Source of the DNA: Phoronis australis
Taxonomy: Eukaryota > Animalia > Phoronida
Length of the DNA stretch: 64,000 nt
Assembly (NCBI GenBank): GCA_002633005.1
Contig: NMRA01000061.1
Location: 448,957 to 512,956 of the forward strand
Direction: 5' to 3'
In this document: positions 56,101 through 64,000 of the stretch, in pieces
Numbering within the stretch: position 1 is the stretch's first letter
Layout: each line of letters starts with the position of its first letter
Notes under the pieces: generated by a model
What the model was told of the DNA's origin: nothing
Seen by the model: only the letters and a program-made list of their open reading frames with translations
Database searches by the model: none
Translations under genes and position numbers: made by a program

Positions 56101-57036
56101 GCAATGTAGTTGCTTTTGTTGAAATACATGCTCCGAGTTATTAGATAATAACGTACGTAATAGCCCAGCCCGTATAGCCTACTATTAATACAAATAGAGT
56201 GACGTAGAAAACCAAAACATTTGAGAATAATCGAACACACAAATGGGCAGACGTTTTAGGGGATTTAGTTGAATCTTTTGAAACTGTTTCGTGCAAGCAA
56301 GCACAGGGATCTGTGACCGGTTGCATGAAACAGTCCCAAATAGGGACTCAACTAAGTTCACTAAATCTTTTTCGTATTTGTTTCGTTCTTTAGGCACATA
56401 TGTAATGTTTTTCTATAATTTTATCTTTATTATGAGCTCTTCTTTGAATAATGACATTTTCTAATAATGATTAACTTAACATTGAGCACTTAGTTCAATC
56501 AAAATAATTAGGAACTTAGTCCTTAAATTGGGTGCGTGGCATGAAAAGATCCCTACATATTTTCAATAATATTGAGAATTCAACGTCAAGTTCGCTCTCG
56601 ATTTGTAACAAAACTAAAAGTTAACCTAGTAATAAAACTAAAACAGCAAAATAAGAAAGGACAGTTGGTGATTTCACAAGTTCAGAATTACACAGTAGAT
56701 TTAAGGAACTTAACTGAGTCCCTCTTGGGACTGTTTCATGCAATCCGACACTCACTGGCACTGGACCCCTCCTCCAGTTCATCGGCCACGTGTGACTTCT
56801 TCAGTGTATTAGAACAATAGAGACCAAATGCCCCTTATGTCTAACCATTGTCATACGACCAGTGGCCCTGAACCTAGCTATAGATCCAGACCTGTAGTAT
56901 ACGAGGACGAATTCGGTTTGCCGTATCGATCATACATAGGTGTACGGAATATTTGAGGCATTTTCGTACCTGCGATGAGTTGAATCACTTCTTCGAATGG
57001 TGGAATCGTTTCGTCCGTACAGTTCTCGGCCGACAT
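50194..57036 (-). CDS. SLC51A: Organic solute transporter subunit alpha-like (OSTalpha/SLC51A family), 7 exons, 376 aa
   Basis: Minus-strand exons 57036-56970, 55146-54992, 53774-53701, 52876-52718, 52045-51934, 51563-51311 and 50504-50194 are all GT-AG and in phase (1131 nt). Multi-TM protein with family motifs WLQGVFP..IIPRA, YLAIC...MVKYYGGE, APPLGCCLPFLP, LIFWDNGGY, KYAVLQLLL..GLQ, IPCRPPLS, LLIPETFLLG..YRR. Family membership is clear; one-to-one orthology is not established. Confidence 0.85.
52081..52202. mobile_element. 122-bp MITE with 15-bp perfect TIR
   Basis: ctgcgttccgtagac ... gtctacggaacgcag; related copies at ~25771 and ~27535. Confidence 0.75.
54316..54461. repeat. Short element bounded by 16-bp inverted repeats
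   Basis: gggtagagttcagtag / ctattgaactctaccc (15/16). Confidence 0.5.
55928..56743. mobile_element. Two adjacent related MITEs (55928-56296, 56321-56743)
   Basis: Left ends ttgcatg.aac.gtcccaaatagggactcaa; right ends actgtttc.tgcaa. The second copy has a ~35-40-bp imperfect TIR. Confidence 0.65.
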
Positions 57037-58983
57037 CGCCGGTCCTTCAGTCTGTGTCCACCCGTTCCCTTCTCAAACATCCAGTCACTGTTATTGAGCG
57101 TCAAAATTACCCTACAAAAATCCTGATGGTATGATATCTCATTACGACGCACTTTAGAAAGGAATTTGCTTAATGCTTAAGACACTGGAACTCTTTAAAC
57201 CTAATATTACTTTTGAGATTGTTTTAGTAAGCAGTACTGATAACAAAGAGATTTTCAGTTATCCATTCTGATGCCGAGCAAACGTGCGGTTAAGCTTTGG
57301 TGTCAACAGATATTACCGGTCTCTCGGTATTTATGAGCCACGGAAGGTTTTTACTTACATGTATTTCATTGGTTGATATATCTCAGGTGAGGCTCTCTGC
57401 CAAGTGTTACGAGTCATGTAATATAACTGTTTATGTCGGTTTATCAGTTTTTCTGCATGGAACGGATAACTGACTCTAATAACGTGGAGCACTGGTTTGG
57501 TCACTGGTGCTAGTTGCATTGTACGTCTTGTTCCGGAGACGCAGCCGCTACAATATATTCAGTTTTGTTTATTTTGTGCCTCGATCAGAACTCCCCAACG
57601 CTGGCTTAGCAGTTGTTTTATTATATATTCAGCTTGTATATTGACGTTGTGCCTTTATCTGTCTGACCTACTATACCTCATTTCTTGCGCAAGCGACTCT
57701 CATGACCAGTCCTAGACATTTGTAGATAAAAATCTTCTCTTAAAACAAAGTTATTCGAACATATGTTAAGACGATTTTCTTTNCGTTACTTATGCTTCCC
57801 GTTGCAAGTCCCCGTGACTCCGGTGTCACGGTGGCTCACTGCAGCGAAATACTGTAGTCCGTGTCACTAATTAAGGCATGATAGTAACCTAGCTTTTCAC
57901 CAGTAGTAGGCCTAACACATGAAACAATGACGTTTCAGTGGCGATTAGATCATGCCAAAATCGTGAAATTCTACCGTAGAAATATCTTTTGCCTAGAATA
58001 AATCAAGTTTGCAGTGTTGCAATAGTGATGAACTCCGTCCACTGACTTGTCTATGAATTGAAGTAACATCATAGCACACCTCTTAAATGATTTTCATACA
58101 AAATGGAGCAGCATTTGGCCTCAAAAGTGCACTCTTGGTCATTGTGAGCGCTCTGTGGCTCAACGACACTCTTACCTATGTTCTCATTCAACTGCCTGTC
58201 TATTAGTCGTGGCTACTGACATGCATTGTGTGTACTGTCGACAATTCCAGTCATATGTAATTGGACAACTAAACAATAGGAATTGCATTGGGATACACAA
58301 GATCTCCTCAAGAACACCTCATGTGGGAAATTGAACAAGCATTTTCCTCGCATGGCATCAAATGTTTTCCAAGGAATCTAATATCTACGTGAGTCACTGC
58401 AAAATTTGTGGGCTGGTGTCCCAACCAACGAAGTACCTGCCATATGCTATCACAATTAGCAGTACCGGTAAAAGTGTGACACCACCCAGCAGAACAAGCT
58501 AAGATTGCTTTACAAAATGTGTATGCCAGAATTGAGATTCGAGATGGCGGTAATATTATTCTTAAACACAAGACGTCACTCACCTATTCACTGGTCAACC
58601 ATAGCCATCCGTCTCCTGATGTAATGATCCTATCTCGACCCATACCTTGTGTGAGACAACAAAGTCCAACTAGTCTGGCGTCGGTAAACATCACGAACAG
58701 TTATCGCAGTGCTAAGTTGCTCACTTAAGTCATTCTTGTTTGGGTTGTAATAAAAGATGTTGCGACGCTAAACCCGCGTTTTTTACAAAATAGTAAGTCT
58801 GTGGTTCTTAGGTATAAAACAGTCGTGCCTTAGTTTTTATTGGTTAAGAATTCATTTAACATAGCTAATGAATGTGGGTCAACATGAAGGCGCATTTTCA
58901 GAAATTTATTCTGTTGTCTTGTTGATGCAACCTCTTTGAAATGACCTTGATGAGTATACGTCCCGGCTCATTGCTGTGTTGCA

Positions 58984-59212
58984 CATGGGCGCACCCAGGG
59001 TGGGGGGCTCGGTGGACTCGAATTGGGCAAAAAGTGAAATAAAAAGTCCGAGAAAACGAGACAAAAGTCCAGAAAGTCCACAGGAATTCGGCAGATGTCG
59101 TAGGCCTGTTTTCTTTCTTTTTTTTTTAATCCTCATACATTTTCTTCCGTAAAAGGTCCGCACAGCGAGAAATTCGAGCCCACCCCCTATACTTAGGCTG
59201 GGTTCGCGCATG
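58984..59212. mobile_element. MITE (~230 bp)
   Basis: TIR catgggcgcacccag / ctgggttcgcgcatg, with ttgca on both flanks (candidate TSD). A second copy lies at 8090. Confidence 0.7.
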
Positions 59213-61094
59213 TTGCAAGTATGCAAAGTGTGTTCGATTCGCACAGCCTACTTGGCATCCATTGCACCTTGTTTAAGTTGGAAATGCTCCATTTTCAGCA
59301 TGTTTCCGCAGATCGAGGTTACCAACATTTCGAACAATAATGCAACGACTTTATTGTTGGACAAATCCTAGTAGTTTCGCTGTTGCTGCAAAACTTGATA
59401 TCGATACAAAGATTTATCATGTATCAGTTGAGCACATGTCAATAGTTTAGCGATTTTTTGGAACGAGGGCGAATTATAGCTTGCGTGGTGACTGAAAAAC
59501 ATAGAAAAACTGACCGTGGTCTAAAAATGCAAACGCGATTTAAAAAGTTTTGGTTGTTTATAGGCAGTGCCATTAAACAAAATAACCGCCATTAACTGTC
59601 AAACTAAAATGACCAATTGATGCACAAAACGCTCTTCCTTTCAAGGATCCTGGAGGAATGCGTTCAAAATACCACCAGTTGCTTTTTTGTTCACGAAAAC
59701 TGCGGGCACCCATGGGCGCTTTCTAGTGATTCTAGCTTTATTGGAAAATCCCTAGTAGTGTTTGAAAACCAAAGCAGATATTTCCCCACCGAAGGGAATT
59801 TGAGACAGTTGACAGTGGAGGCTGATACCTGATCTTTGGTAGCCATACCAAAGCTTTTTGAGTCACGCTTGAACTAGCTTCATCACAAATTGGCGCCTCT
59901 TAGGTTGGCTGGGGATTTTAAGTTTTGCGGCTACACATGAAGGCTACCAATGAGATTTGTTGGACTTTTGAGTCTGATGTGATTAGCTTGCAACCGGGAA
60001 GATGAAGCTGGGCAGGAAATTCAGAACCCTTCAGACATTTTAGACTTGTAAAAAGTGGCTGGTGATTTCTTTACTTTGGAGAGTTTTAGCAGTCTGTATG
60101 CAACCTCACAAGTCGTAATGATCGCATTCTAATGAGGGCTTTTTAAATTTAATTGGGGTGCAAACTGCCGATTTGGTGTATTAAGTAGTGTATTAACCCT
60201 GCTTCTTTAAAAGTAGTCGGCCCCACTTGTAGTCGCATGGTGAAGGATGGAAAAAGGGCTTTGAAATCAGTTTCAATGGACCGTTTGTACTAGGGTTTTG
60301 AAGTCTTTGGTCTACTAATCTGTTTTCATTTTAATTCTGGTTTTGTACTCCCCGTGGAACAGGTTAGAGTTTTGGAGCTGCGGTATAATCCGGCCTAAGG
60401 GTCATCGAGTGCGACCTTGGACTAGACACGTATGCGTAATACCCTTTACAACATGATGTTCTCGCGCACGGAATAGTAATTACTTATCTCGAGTTCGCAT
60501 GAAAGTAGAATAGAAAATGCCGGAACGAGGAAAGCTCGTAGAATTTTAGCAAGCTGCTATTAATTAAGTCACATTTCTATGTCTTCACTGTAAAATTTGG
60601 CAAAAAAGAAATGTACATCGATACATGTAGCAAAACAAAGGTATCAATAACAAGATCAAATCTCATTTGATTTAAATGTTCAACGTGAAATCTCAAAAAC
60701 GCCGTTACAGTTTTTTTTTTGAAATTATCATTTTATTTTCGCTCTGTGCAAAGTTTGAATTTAATTCATGAAAAATTTAAAGTCCTTTTTTGAAATCCCC
60801 TCATGTAAAGTGGAACATTTTGAAAATAATTACAAATTACAGCATGTTAGACGACAATGTATAAAGCAAAGTATCTGAAAGTTTGATGTGAATCTCATTG
60901 GCATTTCTGAGATTTAGTGTTACGATAGTAGCAAAACTTTGACATTTTTCTGGGGTCCAACGTAACCGTAAGAACTTCTTGACTTAGTTACCAGCGATTA
61001 TACCTTTGCGTGTTGCTCAAATCCATAGAACGATGTGTGTCAGTAAATGTTGACTAGCATACTTTGACGTAAACCAAGAAACTACTGCAAATAA

Positions 61095-61096
<2 letters not shown>

Positions 61097-61156
<60 letters not shown>

Positions 61157-61159
61157 CGT

Positions 61160-61193
<34 letters not shown>
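61097..61193. repeat. Compound microsatellite (TG)n(TGCGTG)n(TG)n
   Basis: Directly visible. Confidence 0.95.
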
Positions 61194-61984
61194 TTATTTG
61201 CTGGGACGGGTCCGTTCGGAATATGTAGGTCCAGATTGGTTGGAAAGAGGCGAGCAATTTGAAATAGAGTAACTTTAAAGTTGAAATCTACCCTTAAGCT
61301 CGTTGGCCAATGAGCTTTGCCAGGGCTACGTGTAACAGTCCTTATTGTTTTTAAAAATGAACAAATATATTCAGCACATTTGCAGCATTTGTTAGCGTGT
61401 GCAGTTTTTGAAGAAATCGTCATATTTTGTCCATATGACCATTTTGGGGTGCTTCTTCGTTCGCGGGTGATATAGGGCGAGCAACCTTGACCGCATTAAC
61501 CTTAATGGGTATGCATAATTTGGTCCTTATGAGGTCCTAATACATGCAACCATTTTGTAATAGTATCTGGCGATGTTTTTCTTGATCCCGTTGTAAGTGA
61601 GGATGCTCGATTTATTTTCGTCCTTGCACTCAGGTCAAGGTCATGTGATAATTCTCACCATATTCAATGTGCAGCATGCATGTAAGTTTCATAATCAATC
61701 AAAATTCTTTGACCGATTGGAGATGACTTTCCTAAGTAAATCTAGCATCCTGCCTTGCATAGAAAACAAGCAAAATCTTCAGATTCTGCTCATACAAGTT
61801 CAGGAGATACGCTTACATATGATCTATGCAAATTAGGGTCTAATGAGTACCTGTAATTGCTTGCCCTATATCAGGGTAGAAAAAGCGCTTCATAGACAGA
61901 ATAGATCGATTTCCTCAAAAAGCTCCACACGTTTGCTCTATTTCGACTCGTAGCTCTTGCACTAATAAAAAGCTCTTGAGCTGG

Positions 61985-62156
61985 GATAATGCGCAGGATT
62001 ACAAACGACGGCACAAATAGGCAGAGCTATTATAATGCGTGTGATTACAAACGACAGCATAAATAGGCAGAGCGAAGATAATGCGCGTGATTGCAAACAA
62101 CGTACAGCACCAAAGGCGGAGCGGAGATAACCTGTGATTACAAATGACAGCACAAA
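61985..62156. repeat. Degenerate minisatellite, ~45-bp unit, about 4 copies
   Basis: Repeated gataatgcgcgtgattacaaacgacagcacaaataggcagagc-like unit. Confidence 0.8.
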
Positions 62157-63096
62157 GTCACTTCCTGTTGAGAAATTAATGTTCAAGCTGATACAAACCT
62201 CCCTTCTGCAAAAAAATTTTTGACGCGTGAAATTGATCTTAACTTAATATTGTTTTCATAAATAAGAAGTGATTTGGGCTTGGAAAAAACTACGGTAAAA
62301 GTTTGCTACTGCTTGAGACTATACTTAACTACTTGACTTGTCACGTGCGAGCCAAGCGTGCTCTTAAGCAATAACAAATAGTCTCTTTCTGCAACCATAG
62401 AAACTACCTTCAATCCGCGTAAGGAAGAACGGTTGAGACCGGCTTTATAGCAGAAAGTGGTCTCAATTAAAAAAATTCTTTGAGTCAACGCGTGTTTGTA
62501 GCAACTTCAAAATTGTATAGAAAATTAAAAACGGTCCTCGTGTACTAAACGAGACAGTGAGAGATCTTGGAATTGAAGACAACAAGACATCGACAATTTG
62601 CTGATTTTGTAATGGCAAGATTCCACATAAATGAACTACATAACAGAACACATTATAGTGATCGTGGAAGTAAAAGTTAATAAAACTAAACATTGTTCAA
62701 CGATAACATTTTAGGCAAGCAATTAACCCTGTTCGCACTATCAGTTTAAAATAATAAAAAAAATAATCGAAGAAAAGGTGTCTTTTTGAGACCCATTCCA
62801 GAGAAAAGTACCCTCACTGACAAGGATTTGGAGTAAATGCTTGGAACTTCTTTAATTTACAGAACAATGGGCGACTCGATGCTCAATAGATGGCGCTAAA
62901 GACGGCGAGACTTTTTTTAACATCTCGTTAGATTGAAAGCAAACAGCATTGGATCAGCACGGGACAATCGCAGGATATGTTTTCCACGTTATTACCTGAA
63001 TACATGAATTTCTACAAGCAGGGTCTTTGTCGCACTACCGCCACCTAGTGAAATTCGAGGTCCTGATTTCGACATTTGGCTTGAAGGCCAGCACAG

Positions 63097-64000
63097 TTAC
63101 TCCACGTTTTGACTAGTAACAGACCTGTTGGTTGACATGCCAGAACCAACGGAATAATTTTGGTCAGTTTTACAAGCTATAGATTCCTTGTCACAAGAAT
63201 TCTGCTTATCTTCGTGCACTTTCTTCAATTCATTTTTATTATTATTATTGTTGTTGTCTGAGCTTATTGGTTTTTTACCGACCGGGTATTTCTTCATAAA
63301 CTTGGCAACATGGTTCGCCATTTCTACTGGAGTGAGATATTTCGATACGTCAGGCGGAAGAACAACAGATGGCGTGTTTTCACCAACTTCCGGCACGTGC
63401 GCTGCAATACGTTTCTCGGAGAGCCCGAACGTGTTCATTAGTGTTGCTACCGGATGAAGGTCTTTGGAAACTTTTTTGAAGTCTGACCGATTCTGACCAA
63501 GCGCCCTCTTTTTCTGCTTTGTTGACTGTTCAGTGGTTGGTAGGTGCCAGTCTATTCCCATTTCTGAAAAGCCTTGAAATTTTACCACACGAGATCGCCT
63601 GTTCGGTGGTGCCACGTTTGGTAGGTTTGGAGGGGCACTTAAAGTGTGACGTTCAGCATTAGAGTATGTTCCAAACGCAGACGTTTTCCGTGATGTATTT
63701 GAAAGTGTTCTGGTCGCTTTTCTGTGCATCACATTCGACGTAATCGATGACGCATCGTCTGTCATCATTTCGATCTCTTCTGGTTTTCTCTTTGACTTCT
63801 TTCTACTGAGGATTTCGGTCACTTCGTTTAGAAATGCACCGGGGGACTGACACATTCTCACCATTCTAATAGAGTACTCCAAGTTCGAAATTTCCTCCTG
63901 TTTCTCGTTCTGTACCGGGCTAAAAGCTGTAATTTCGTGAACTACGTTGTCGACATCGTCCTCCTCGCGATCTACCGGAGCAGACTGTGCGCCAGTTTGG
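63097..64000 (-). CDS. Terminal coding exon of an unidentified gene (low-complexity, probably disordered), 5' partial
   Basis: The frame is open from the window edge (QTGAQSAPVDREEDDVDNVVHEITAFSPVQNEKQEEISNLEYSIRM...) to TAA at 63097-63099, about 300 codons without a stop in AT-rich DNA. No domain recognised. Confidence 0.7.
   Translation of the reverse strand, partial: QTGAQSAPVDREEDDVDNVVHEITAFSPVQNEKQEEISNLEYSIRMVRMCQSPGAFLNEVTEILSRKKSKRKPEEIEMMTDDASSITSNVMHRKATRTLSNTSRKTSAFGTYSNAERHTLSAPPNLPNVAPPNRRSRVVKFQGFSEMGIDWHLPTTEQSTKQKKRALGQNRSDFKKVSKDLHPVATLMNTFGLSEKRIAAHVPEVGENTPSVVLPPDVSKYLTPVEMANHVAKFMKKYPVGKKPISSDNNNNNNKNELKKVHEDKQNSCDKESIACKTDQNYSVGSGMSTNRSVTSQNVE

Noticed and set aside
58300-58728. 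Semi-open plus-strand frame upstream of the OSTalpha-like gene
   Set aside because: Internal stops and no recognisable motif.
61054-61423. His/Thr-rich ORFs
   Set aside because: Translations of the (CA)n microsatellite.
61985-62156. CRISPR-like repeat array
   Set aside because: Contiguous degenerate tandem units with no unique spacers, no cas genes, and a eukaryotic context.

Overview
Eukaryotic, AT-rich, intron- and repeat-rich genomic window with two assembly gaps (22516-22957, 30055-30400). A marine invertebrate origin is my guess only. Genes were reconstructed by hand with phase-consistent GT-AG splicing. (1) The last two exons of a GPI-anchored Ly6/uPAR three-finger protein (+). (2) A cryptic small-exon gene absent from the ORF track, with RQKR/KR sites reminiscent of a peptide precursor (+, tentative). 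(3) An atypical protein kinase with a long basic N-terminus and an LLNDIHTEN catalytic loop (+). (4) A complete PEX6 with 14 coding exons (+, 1096 aa). (5) A convergent 7-exon organic solute transporter alpha (SLC51A/OSTalpha)-like gene (-, 376 aa). (6) The terminal exon of an unidentified gene running off the right edge (-). Introns and intergenic DNA hold a decayed LINE, a 2.7-kb Sola2-like non-autonomous element with a 4-bp TSD, a Kolobok derivative with a dead THAP domain, a Penelope-like element with a hammerhead-like motif, tRNA-derived SINE-like copies and several MITE families. I cannot demonstrate a new multi-gene system. The best novelty candidates are the cryptic precursor-like gene and the atypical kinase.
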